NCBI RefSeq assembly: GCF_963921235.1
Contig: NC_086108.1
Coordinates: 6,262,001 to 6,326,000 of the forward strand
Reading direction: 5' to 3'
Length of the DNA: 64,000 nt
Source: Mobula hypostoma
Lineage: Eukaryota
The notes below the pieces were generated by a model. That model did no database searches and was not told where the DNA came from. It was given only the letters and a program-made list of their open reading frames with translations. Position 1 is the first letter of the stretch; each line of letters starts with the position of its first letter. Shown piece after piece: positions 12,600 to 24,784 of the stretch. The translations under genes were made by a program, and so were the position numbers.

Positions 12600-13015
12600 G
12601 GGAGTTCAGGCTGAGAGTAGTTTAATGTTCCTTGTGAACATTCTCGTGAACCTCCTCTGGATCCTCTCCAATGTCAGCACATCCTTTCTAAGATAATAGG
12701 CCCCAAGCAGCTCACAGTACTCCAGGTGAGACCTCACCACTGCCTTATAAACACTCAGCATTACACCTTTACTCTTCTGTTCTAGACCTCACGAAATGAG
12801 TGCTAACATTGCATTTGCCTTCCTAACCACCGACTTGACGTGCAAGATAACCTTTAGGGAATCTTTAACGAGGACTCCTAAGCCCCTTCACATCCCCGAT
12901 TCCTGAATTTGCTCCCCATTTAGAATACTGTCTATGCCTTTATTTCTTCTACCAAGGCGCATGACCATGCACATCTCAACACTCTTTTCCATCAGCCAAT
13001 TCTTCACCCATTCTC
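12600..13015 (-). mobile_element. CR1 LINE fragment
   Basis: Reverse strand reads as degenerate YKALVRSHLEYCELLG CR1 ORF2 C-terminus. Confidence 0.7.
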
Positions 13016-13339
13016 CTAAAACCCTTCATCGGTACTGGAAAGAAGAAGGACAGAAGCTAGAATAAAAGGGCAGGAAAGTGGAGGGGCACGAGCTTGTTGA
13101 GTGAGAGGCAAACCTGGGAGGAAGGAGGTAGGCAGGTGAGGGAGAAAGGGAAAAGTGGAAATGATGTAATGAGCTGACAGGTAACAGGTGGAAGAGGGAA
13201 TGGGCTGGAAAAGATGGAATATGATTGCAGAGAACCATGGACCATGAAATACAGGGTAGGATGTGGGGCACAAGAGGGCAAGATGTAAGGATGATGGACC
13301 GAGGAGTGAGAGAAAGGGCCAGAGAGATAGGGTACACAA

Positions 13340-16300
13340 AGAGGGATGGATTTGAGGGAAAGAAAGGGGTGGTTGGGGTTGGGGGTAATAGAAGAGTGGT
13401 TGGTGGACGGATCAGAGTCACTGGTTGGTTTGGGTTGGGGGACAGAGAGAAGTGGTTCATTTGGAAGACAGATGAGTGGTTGGATCTGGGGGACAGAGAG
13501 GAGTGGTGAGGTTGGGGGTCAGAGGAAACTGGTTGGGTTTTGAGGACAGAGAGGAGTGGTGGGCAGTGAGGAGTTGGTGGGTATTGGGGACAGAGAGGAG
13601 TGGTTGGGATTGGAGGACAGTGAAGGAGGGTTGGGGACAGGGAAGATCAGTTGGGTTTAGGAGAGTTGGGGTAGGGAAGAGAGAGAAGTAGGAGGGGTTG
13701 AGGGACAGAGAAAAGTGGTTGGCGTTAGAGTACAGAGAGGAATGGCTGGGGTTGGTGGATGGAGAGTAGAGGTTGGGGTTGGGGACAGAGGGGAGTGGTT
13801 GGGTAAGTGGAACAGACAGGAGTGGTTGGGTTTGTGGGGCAGGGAGAAAGGGTTGGGGTAGCGGGACAGAGAGAAGGGGTTGGGGACAGAGAGTGTGGAT
13901 GGGGTTGGGGGGAGAGTGGAAGGGTTGGGTTTGGGTGACAGCGAGGAATGATTGGTGTTGTGGTACAGTGTGGAGTGGTTGGGGTTGAGAGACAGAGAGA
14001 AGGGGTTGGGGGACAGAGAAGATTGGTTGGGTTAAAGGTACAGAGAGAAGTAGTTGGTATTGGGGAAAAGGGAGCAGCGGTTGAACTTGGGGGACAGGAG
14101 AATTATTAGGGTTGGGGACAGAGAGGAGTGGTGGGGGTTGAGGGAGAGAGAGGAGTAGTTGGGTTTGGGAAACAGAGAGAGGTGATTGGGATTGGGGACA
14201 CAGGAGGGGTTGGAGTCAGTGGTTGGTACTGGGAACAGAAAAATGTTTGAAGATAGAGGACTGAGAGAAGTGTTTGCAGATGAAGGACAGAGAAGAGTGG
14301 TTAGATATGGGGGACAGAGAGAAGGGGTTGGTATAGGGGGTCAGAGAGAAGGGGTTGAGGGACAGAGAGAAGGGGTTAGGGGACAGAGGAATGGTTGGGG
14401 TTAGAGACAGTGAGAAGTGGTTGGGGTTGGAGCATCCAAGAGGAGCGGTTCGGAGCGGGTTCAGAGAGGAGAGGTTGTGAATGGGGGTCAGAGAGGAGAG
14501 GTTGTGAATGGGGGACAGAGAGGAGTGGTCGTGAATGGGGGTCAGAGAGGAGAGGTTGTGAATGGGGGTCAGAGAGGAGAGGTTGTGAATGGGGGACAGA
14601 GAGGTGTGGTTGTGAATGGGGGTCAGAGAGGAGAGGTTGTGAATGGGGGACAGAGAGGAGAGGTTGTGAATGGGGGACAGAGAGGAGAGGTTGTGAATGG
14701 GGGCATCAGAGAGGAGTGGTTGTGAAAGGGGGTCAGACAGAAGGTGTTGGCGATGGGGGACAGAGAGAAGGACATGGGGTAGGAGGACAGAGAGAAGGGG
14801 TTAGGAACAGAGAGAAGGGGTTAGGGGACAGTGAGAAATGGTTGTGGTTAGAGGATAGTACTATTGGGGTTGAGGACAGAGAGACGGGGTTGGAAGACAG
14901 AAAGGAGTGGTTGTGGATGAGGGACAGAGAGGAGTGGTTGGGAATGAGGGACAGAGAGGAGTGGTTGGGGATGAGGGACAGGGAGGAGTGGTTGTGGATG
15001 AGGGACAGAGAGAAGTGGTTGGGGATGAGGGACAGAGAGAAGTGGTTGGGGATGAGGGACAAGGAGGAGTGGTTGTGGATGAGGGACAGAGAGGAGTGGT
15101 TGGGAATGAGGGACAGAGAGGAGTGGTTGTGGATGAGGGACAGGGAGGAGTGGTTGTGGATGAGGGACAGAGAGAAGTGGTTGGGGATGAGGGACAGAGA
15201 GAAGTGGTTGGGGATGAGGGACAAGGAGGAGTGGTTGTGGATGAGGGACAGAGAGGAGTGGTTGGGAATGAGGGACAGAGAGGAGTGGTTGGGAATGAGG
15301 GACAGAGAGGAGTGGTTGGGGATGAGGAACAGGGAGGAGTGGTTGTGGATGAGGGACAGAGAGGAGTGATTGGGGATGAGGGACAGAGAGGAGTGGTTGT
15401 GGATGAGGGACAGAGAGGAGTGGTTGGGAATGAGGGACAGAGAGGAGTGGTTGTGGATGAGGGACAGAGAGGAGTGGTTGGGGATGAGGGACAAGGAGGA
15501 GTGGTTGTGGATGAGGGACAGAGAGGAGTGGTTGGGAATGAGGGACAGAGAGGAGTGGTTGGGGATGAGGAACAGGGAGGAGTGGTTGGGGATGAGGGAC
15601 AGAGAGGAGTGGTTGTGGATGAGGGACAGAGAGGAGTGGTTGGGAATGAGGGACAGAGAGGAGTGGTTGTGGATGAGGGACAGAGAGGAGTGGTTGGGGA
15701 TGAGGGACAAGAAGGAGTGGTTGTGGATGAGGGACAGAGAGGAGTGGTTGGGGATGAGGGACAAGAAGGAGTGGTTGTGGATGAGGGACAGAGAGGAGTG
15801 GTTGGGGATAAGGGACAGAAAGGAGTGGTTGGGGATGAAGGACAGGGAGGAGTGGTTGGGGATGAGGGACAGAGAGGAGTGGTTGGGGATGGGGAAAGAG
15901 AGGAAGGGTTATGTTTGGGGTACAGAGAAGAACGGTTGGTGTTGAGGGACAGAAGTGAGCAGTTGTGGTTGAGGGACAGAGAGGAGGGGTTGGGGTGGGG
16001 GAACAGAGAAGAGTGGTTTGAGATGGGGTCAGAGAGGAATGGTTGGGGTTTAGGTACACAGATGAGTCATTGGTATTGGGTGAAAGATTGGAAGGGTTGG
16101 GGTTGGGGGATAAAGAAGAATGGCTGGGGGACAGAGAGGAGTGGTTGGGTTTGGGGTACAGAGAGGTGGAAGGGATTGGGGAGAGAGAGAAATGGTTGTG
16201 GCTTGTCGACAGAGGAGTGATTGGAGTTGGGGAGAGAGGAGTAGTGGGGTTGGGGGAACAGAGAGAAAGGGTTAGGGGTCAGGGGAATAGTTGGGGTTGG

Positions 16301-18650
16301 GGAAAGAGAGGAAGGGTTGGCATTGAGGGACAAAGGGACAGAGAGGAGGGGTTGGGTGGGGACAGAGAGAAGTGGCTGCATTTGGAATATAGAGACAAAT
16401 GGTTTGTATTGGGGAAAGACTAGAACGGTTGGGGTTGGGGACAGATAAAAGTGGTTAAGGTTGGTGGATGGAGAGAAATGGTTGGGTATGTGGGACAGAG
16501 AGTAGTGGTTGGGATTGTAGGGCAGAGAGAAGGGGTTGGGGTTGTGGGCAGAGAGAAGGGGTTGGGTTAGGGGTCAGGAAAGAGGTTGGGTTAGGGGTCA
16601 GAGAGGAGTGAGTGGTGCTGGGTGAAAGAGAGGATGGGTTGGGGGACAGAGAAGAATGGTTGGCATTGAGGGACAGAGGGGAGTGGTTGGGTTTGGGGTA
16701 CAGAGAGAAGCACTTGATATTTGGTGAAAGAGAGGCGTGGTTGCGGTTGGGAGATAGAGAGAAGTGGTTGGGGCTGGGGAACAGAGAGGAGTGGCTGGGC
16801 TTGAGGGACAGCGAGGATGAGTTGGGGTGTGGACAGATATTAATGGTTGGGTTTGGGGTACAGAAAGAAGTGGTTGAGGTTGGGAACAGAAAGGAATGGT
16901 TGGGGTGAGGACCCTGAGGAATGGTTGCGGCTGGGCGACAGAGAGGAGTGGTTGGGGTTGGGGAACAGAGAGGAGTGATTGGGGTAGAGAGACAGACAAA
17001 AACAGGTTGGGGGACAGAGAACAGAAGTTTGAGGCCAGAGGAATGGTTGGGATTGGGGACAGAGAGGAGTATTTGGGGTTGGCATTCAGTGAGAAGTGTT
17101 TGGAGTTGGGGGACTGAGGATTGGATAGGGTTGGGGGAAAGAGAGGAAGGGTTGGTATTGGGAGATAGAGAAGAGTGGTTGGTTTTGGGGGTCAGAGAGG
17201 AGAGGTTGGAGGATAGAGAGAAGTGGTTTGGATCAGGACAGAGAGGAGTGTTTGCGGATTTGGAGGACAGGGAAGTGGTTGGGTTTGGGACAGAGAAGAG
17301 TTGTTGGTTTTGGTGGAATGAGGGGGGGGGGGTCGGAGAACTGAGAGGAGTACTTGGATGTGTGCAACAAAGAAGAGTGGTTGTGGTTGAGGACAGAGAA
17401 AGTGGTTGTGGTTGAGGGACAGAGAGTTGTGGTTGGGACTGAAGGACAGTGAGAAGTGGTTGGGTTATATACTGATGTACAGACAGGAGTGCTTGGGTTT
17501 GGCAGACAGAGAGGATTGGTGTGGGTTTGGGACAGCATAGGGTGGTTGGGGTTGGGGACAGAGAGGATTGGTAGTTGTTGGGGTACAGAGAGGAGTGGGT
17601 GGGAACAGAGTGGGTTGGTTGGGGTGGGGGACAGAGAGGAGCAGTTCTGGTTGGGAGAAAGAGAGGAAGGGCTGGGTTGGAGGACTGAGACAAGTCAGTA
17701 GGGTTGGGCCACAGAGAGGAGTGGTTGGGTTTGGAGGACAGAGAATAGGGGTTGTGGTTGGGGACAGAGAGTAGCGGCTGGGTTTGTGGTATAGAGAGGA
17801 GTAGTTAGGTTGGGGATCAGGGAAGAGTGGTTGGTGTTGGAGGACCGAGAACAGTGTTGGGTTTTATACTGGGGTTCAGAGAGGAGTGGTTGGGTTTGGG
17901 GGACTGAGAGCAGTGTTGGGCTTGGTGGACAGATCGGATAGGTTGGTGTTGGGGAACAGAGATGAATGGCTGGGGTAGGAGGACAGAAAGGAGGCGTTGG
18001 GGTTGGGGGCAGGGAGGAGTAGTTGGGTTTGGAGCACTGAAAAGAGGGGTTGGGAGTCTGAGAGGAGTATTTGGTTTGGGGGACTGAGAGAATCATTTAG
18101 GTTTAGGGGACAGAGAGAAGTGGTTTGTGTTGGGGCACAGAGAACAGTGGTTGGGGTTTGGGGAACAGAGAGGATTGATTGGGGTTGAGTACAGAGAATG
18201 TTGGTTGGGTTGGAGGGCAGTGAGAAGTGGTTGGCTTTAGCGGTGGGGTACAAAGAAGAGTAGTTGTGTTTGGGGAACAGAGAGGAGTCATTGGTGTTGG
18301 GTAAGAGAACATTGGTTGGGGTTTGGGTGACCAGAGAGGAGTGGTTTGATTTTGGGGACAGAGAGAATTGTTTGGTGTTGGGGGTCAGAGAGGAGTGGTT
18401 GGCATGTTGGGGGTCAGAGAGGCATTGTTGGGGTTGGGGACAGAGAGGCATTGTTGGGGTTGGGGACAGAGTAGAGGGGTTGGGTTTTGGCAAACAGAGG
18501 AATGGTTGGTGTTTTGGGACAGGGAGCAGTGGTTGGGGTTCAGACACAGAGGGGATTGGTTGAGATTGTGGGACAGAGAGTAGTGGTTTGGGTTTGAGAG
18601 ATAGAGAGGATTGACTGGGGTTGGGAGACAGAGAGATGTGGTTCCCGGAA
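13340..18650. repeat. G/A-rich 27-bp minisatellite (consensus GAGGGACAGAGAGGAGTGGTTGGGGAT) with a homogeneous core at ~14900-15890
   Basis: 9-aa periodic ORFs (MRDREEWLG, GGQRGEVVN); degenerate flanks built from the same unit. Confidence 0.95.
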
Positions 18651-19999
18651 GTCAGAGAAATCAACTTTTTTTTAATTTAGAGATTCAGCATGCCCTTTGA
18701 GCCGATTTTACCCTAGCTTAATCAGAAAAGTTAACTTTACAATGACCAATTAACCTACTCATCGGTAGGTCTTTGTACCATGGGAGGACACTGGAGCACC
18801 TGGAGGAAACCCATGCGCTCATGGAAAGGAACGTACGAAAACCTGCTTACAGAGGACGCTGGTATTGAACAAGCATCAATGCTGTAATACTCTCGCTGTA
18901 ACTGCTACACCACCGTGGTGCTCATTGACGTTGTCAGCTTGGAAACTGCACCAATATAAAGTGTTGTTTCTCTGATCTGTGTCTAGCTTCTTGGCAAGCA
19001 AGGAGGTCCCAGATACGATACCCAATATCTCAGGTCCCATATTCTCACTGCTGCTATAAAGAGTTTGTATTCTCCCCATGACTGCATGGGTTTCCTCTGG
19101 GTGCTCTAGTTTCTCTCCACAGTCTAAAATTTACCCATGCTTAGGCTAGGATTAAATTGGGGGATAGCTAGGCTCGAGGAGGTGGAAGGGCCCACTCCAT
19201 GTTGTATCTCAATAAATAAATAAATAAACAAACAAACAAACTATTTTGATTGGATTTATGTTTTTGGATAATTATTTCAGAGTTAAAGTGAGCCTCTTAA
19301 AAGCATTCTGAATTGGAGATTATGTGGGGTTAAGTAAAAAATACTGGCATATCTACATCAGAATCAAAATCAGGTTTAATATCACTAGCATATATCGTGA
19401 AACTTGTTATCTTTATGGCAGCAGAACAATGCAATACATAATAATGCAGAGAAGAGGCTATGAATTACCATATGAATGTATACAGAAGTTTTCATGCTTT
19501 GTTGTCTTTCAAAATTAAATCACAGTAGATATAATTTTGGATTATTTGACACTGATCAACAGAAAAAGGCTCTTTCACGTCAAAGTGAACACAGGTCTCT
19601 ACATTGATCTAAATTAATTACAAATATAAAACACAAAATAATTGGTTGCATAAGTATTCACCCTCTTTAAGTCAGTATTTAATAGATGCACCTTTGGCAG
19701 CAATTACAGCCTTGAGTCTGTGTGGATAGGTCTCTATCAGCTTTGCACATCTGGACACTGCAATTTTCCCCATTCTTCTTTCTTCTTTACGAAACTGCTC
19801 AAGCTCTGTCAGTTTGCATGGGGATAATGAGTGAACAGTCCTTTTCAAGTCCACACACAAATTCACAATTGCATTGAGGTCTGGACTCTGACTTGGTCAC
19901 TCCAGGACATTAACTTTGTTGTTTTTAAGCCATTCCTGTGTAGCTTTAGCTTTATGCTTGGGGTCATTGTCTTGCTGGAAAACAAATCTTCTCCCAAGT

Positions 20000-21279
20000 C
20001 ATAGAAACATAGAAACATAGAAAATAGGTGCAGGAGTAGGCCATTCGGCCCTTCGAGCCTGCACTGCCATTTATTATGATCATGGCTGATCATCCAACTC
20101 AGAACCCCGCCCCAGCCTTCCCTCCATATCCCCTGACCCCCGTAGCCACAAGGGCCATATCTAACTCCCTCTTAAACATAGCCAATGAACTGGCCTCAAC
20201 AGTTTGCTGTGGCAGAGAATTCCACAGATTCACCACTCTCTGTGTGAAGAAGTTTTTCCTAATCTCGGTCCTAAAAGGCTTCCCCTCTATCCTCAAACTG
20301 TGACCCCTCGTTCTGGACTTCCCCAACATCGGGAACAATCTTCCCGCATCTAGCCTGTCCAATCCCTTTAGGATCTTATACGTTTCAATCAGATCCCCCC
20401 CTCAATCTACTAAATTCCAACGAGTACAAGCCCAGTTCATCCAGTCTTTCTTCATATGAAAGACCTGCCATCCCAGGAATCAATCTGGTGAACCTTCTTT
20501 GTACTCCCTCTATGGCAAAGATGTCTTTCCTCAGATTAGGGGACCAAAACTGCACACAATACTCCAGGTGTGGTCTCACCAAGGCCTTGTACAACTGCAG
20601 TAGTACCTCCCTGCTCCTGTACTCGAATCCTCTCGCTATAAATGCCAGCATACCGTTCGCCTTTTTCACCGCCTGCTGCACCTGCATGCCCACTTTCAAT
20701 GACTGGTGTATAATGATGCCCAGGTCTCGTTGCACCTCCCCTTTTCCTAATCGGCCACCATTCAGATAATAATCTGTTTTCCTATTTTTGCCACCAAAGT
20801 GGATAACTTCACAGTTATCCACATTAAATTGCATCTGCCATGAGTTTGCCCACTCACCCAACCTATCCAAGTCACCCTGCATCCTCTTAGCATCCTCCTC
20901 ACTGCTAACACTGCCACCCAGCTTCGTGTCATCCGCAAACTTGGAGATGCTGCATTTAATTCCCTCATCCAAGTCATTAATATATATTGTAAACAACTGG
21001 GGTCCCAGCACTGAGCCTTGCGGTACCCCACTAGTTACCGCCTGCCATTCTGAAAAGGTCCCGTTTATTCCCACTCTTTGCTTCCTGTCTGCTAACCAAT
21101 TCTCCACCCACACCAATACCTTACCCCCAATACCGTGTGCTTTAAGTTTGCATACTAATCTCCTGTGTGGGACCTTGTCAAAAGCCTTTTGAAAATCCAA
21201 ATATACCACATCCACTGGTTCTCCCCTATCCACTCTACTAGTTACATCCTCAAAAAATTCTATGAGATTCGTCAGACAT
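20000..21279 (-). mobile_element. Young 5'-truncated CR1 LINE
   Basis: [13 protein letters not shown]...SKFADDTK; (CATAGAAA)n tail; short duplicated AGTCA in the Tc1 target. Confidence 0.92.
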
Positions 21280-21979
21280 GAGTCACAGTTCTCTTGCAGA
21301 TTGCATCAGGTTTTCTTCCAGGATTTCCCTGTATTTTGCTGCATTCATTTTACCCTCTACCTTCACAAGCCTTCCAGGGCCTGTTGCAGTGAAGCATCCC
21401 CACAGCATGATGCAGCGACCACCATGCTTCACGGGTGTGTTTTTGGTGATGTGCAGTGTTTGGCTTATATGAAACATAGCATTTAGTCTGATAGCCAAAA
21501 TGCTCAATTTTGGTTTCAGACCATAGAACCTTGTTCCAGTTGACTTCAGAGTCTTCCACATCCCTTCTGGCAAGCTCTAGCCAAGATTTCATGTGAGATT
21601 TTTTCAACAGTGGCTTTCTCTTTGCCACTCTTCCATGAAGCTGTGACTGGTGAAGCACACGGACAACAGTTGTATGTGCAGTCTCTCCCTTCTTGCACGG
21701 TCACTCAGTTTTTGAGGACAGCCTGCTCTAGGTAGATTTACAGCTGTGCCATATTCTTGTCTTTTTTGATGATTGACTTAACTGTACTCCAGGGGATATT
21801 CAGTGACTTGGAAATTTTCTTGTATCCATCTCCCGACTTGTGCTTTTCAATAACCTTTCTGCGGAGTTGCTTGAAGTGGTTATTTTGTCTTTATGGTATA
21901 GTTTTTGCCAGGATTCTAACTCACCAGCAGTTGGACCTTCCAGATACAGGTGTACTTTTACCACAATCACCTTGACTGC

Positions 21980-23012
21980 TTCTTCTTCTTCTTCTTTTTT
22001 GTTTTACGGCGGTTGACAACTAGTTTTTAGTGCATTACTGCCACCTGCTAGACTTGTGGTGTTCCAACCAAATATGTCCTGGAGTTCTCTACTTTAGACA
22101 ATCTAGTTCAGCCTGCAGTTCTCTATTAGCATCACTCTGTAGTTGCAATTCCTCGTGACTGCTTAATGCTCTCATTAGATAATGCCGCAAACTGCTATTC
22201 TTCCCTAATTTTGTCACGTTTTCGTGTAGTTGCATTACCTCAATTACATTGATTTCATCTACATCACTTGTAAGACTAAAATCAACTTGTTAAAGAATAG
22301 TAATTATTGCACGTTATACTTTTAAGTCTATCTGCTTTTTCAGGTTTTCCTTTTCTTGGATCGTAGCCTGCAGTTGTTTACTGAGACCTCGGAGTTCTTC
22401 TTCATTTGCTTCCATGTTTTCATTTTACAATCTGAATGTAGATAATTCACTTTGCAACAAATTCCTTTTCCTTTTGTATCCTTGTAATAATTTCCTCCAC
22501 TTTCCAATCTCTTTCCAACTCACCGTTGTTCTTGTCGGGTACTTCTATTTGCTGTTGGAGTTCTGCACATTTACCCTGGGCTTCAACCATAAAATATGAG
22601 TATCTTCTTTCAGTTCTGAAACATTTCTTAAATTCTTGACCATTTGCGATAAACATACTGCCATTAACATTCCATCTCCCCTGCCTGTGAACTGTTGGAT
22701 CCTCTATTCAGCGTTTCTTTGACTTCTTCCCACCTAATCCCTTTAATACCAAGATACTTTTCCGCAGACTTGACAATAATTTTAATTTTCTCAGTTCTTT
22801 TGCTCATTTGCGCTGAACAATTAATTGCATCCACCGTAAAAAGCACGAAATCCTTTCTACTCATTAATAGTGTATCCTTATTTTTCATATTTCAGCTCTC
22901 ACAATTCACCAGTTTATTATTCCCTGTACTTGTTTGCTTGACAGCCTTTTTTTCATCAAATTCTTTTACTGTCTCTGCATAACTGATTCCTTGAGTTACT
23001 TTTACATATTGT
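21980..23012 (-). mobile_element. Internally deleted Nimb/I-clade-like LINE
   Basis: 14-bp TSD ATCACCTTGACTGC (21966-21979, 23013-23026); (GAA)n tail; ORF1 end INCSAQ...EKIKIIVKSAEKYLG; ORF2 start IANGQEFKK. Confidence 0.7.
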
Positions 23013-23959
23013 ATCACCTTGACTGCACACAGATGATCTTCATTTAAGTAATTCTGTGACTTCTGAAACAAATTGGCTGCACCAGTGATAATTTGGTGCG
23101 TCTTATTAAAAGGGTTAAACCCTTATGCGATCAATTATTTTGTGTTTTATAATTAATTTCGATCACTTCACTTTGACATGAAAGAGTCTTTTTCTGTTGA
23201 TCAGTGTCAAAAAAGCCAAGTTAAATTCACTGCGATTCAGTAGTGTAAAACGATAAAACATGAAAACTTCCAAGGGAGGGGGAGGAGTGAATACTTTTTA
23301 TAGCTACTGCATGTATATTTAAAATGTTAAATTAAATAAATAGTGCAAAAAGAAAAAAAAAGTAGTGAGGTAGTGTTCATGGGTTCAATGTCCGTTCAGA
23401 AATCGGATGGCAGAGGGGAAGAAGCTGTTCCTGAATCACTGAGTGTGGGTCTTCGGGCTTCGGTATCTCCTCCCTGATGGTAGCAATGAGAACAAGGTAT
23501 GTCCTGGGTGATGGGGCTCCTTGATGATGGACACATTTTTTGAGGTATCATTTGGATATCTACATGGAGGATTCAGATGTAGCTGAATATGCATTGCTAA
23601 CTCCTCTGCACAGTTAATGGTGTGTGATTCCTGTTAGTTCATCCATATTCATGCATTACACATCCCATTGTCTGTAAACCCAAGGGCAATCTCCTTCTGT
23701 TTGTGCTTTTAAATGAGTTGTTAGACTCATAACAACTGTTACTTAAGGCAATCCCACCAGATGGGATTTTAAACTCATTACCTATTCTGCTGAGCCACTG
23801 AAATACACATTTCCCATCTTGCATGTACCAGAAATATCTCCAAACTGGAATTTTAACTGTCTGCTGTTATCTAATAACACATTACCTAATGTCGCATTTC
23901 AATGTATTGATTTTACAATTCATATCATGTTCTTGATATTTAATGCTTATTATATTGCA

Positions 23960-24545
23960 CTTTATTTTTTCTCAGCTCAGACTGGTAAAACCTGAGATAG
24001 GGACATAGCCAAGCACACACATTTCTCAGTTGCTAAGAACTTTTGGACTATTCCAATGGCGTTTTGTATTGTGGCTTTCTGAAGATTTACATAAATATTG
24101 CTGTGTTGGGCTAATGCTATTGTGTAGTGCTTTTGTGTTAATACCAGTTGTAGATTAGACCATAAGATAAGGGAGCACAATTAGGTCATTTGGCCCTTCG
24201 AGTCTCCTCTGCTATTCATCATGGATGATCCATTTTCCTTCTCAGCCAAAATCTCCTGCCTTATTCCCCGTATCCCTTCATGCTCTGAATAATCAAGAAT
24301 CTGTCAACCTCTGACTTAAATATACCCAACAACTTGGGTGTGATAATAAATATTACTATTAAGCCTTTCAATTTCCTCTTTTAACTCAGCATTTTCTGGT
24401 GTTTTCCACTTAGTGCTTTCTGTTTGTTGTGTGTGTTTACAATGGCTGTATCTATTAAGTAAGATGTTCTTGCTTGTTTATCCTGGGTTATTATATCCAG
24501 TTGGTTATTATGAATTGTCCTAACTATAATAACCGATGTCATACA
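23960..24545 (-). mobile_element. R4/Dong-like non-LTR element remnant (REL endonuclease), interrupted by a CR1 tail
   Basis: TIHNNQLDIITQDKQARTSYLIDTAI...KHQK and NLQKATI...IVQKFL resemble the PD-(D/E)xK REL C-terminus. Confidence 0.6.
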
Positions 24546-24784
24546 GATTATTATTATTATTATTTTGTTTCTTAGCATTTATTGTGTCCTCCGCCCCCCC
24601 CCCACACACACACACACACTCTACAGCACAGTGCTGGGATCTGAAAGAGCCACGGGGCTGGAGAGACCCAGAGTTTCCTCTTCAAAGATAGATTGTATCC
24701 TTAACAAAAAAGATTATACAAAACCCTGCATTCCTAGTGTCATTTGGTGAATTCATCCAGAATTAGAATCACTGACATAACACC

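Larger units (their letters stand above)
19480..23310 (-). mobile_element. Tc1/mariner transposon with long TIRs, interrupted by two LINE insertions
   Basis: Transposase fragments [44 protein letters not shown]; ends homologous to 40592-42228. Confidence 0.85.

Noticed and set aside
14395..18664. Long ORFs of 260-437 aa on both strands
   Set aside because: Products of the 27-bp tandem repeat; no splice or domain evidence.
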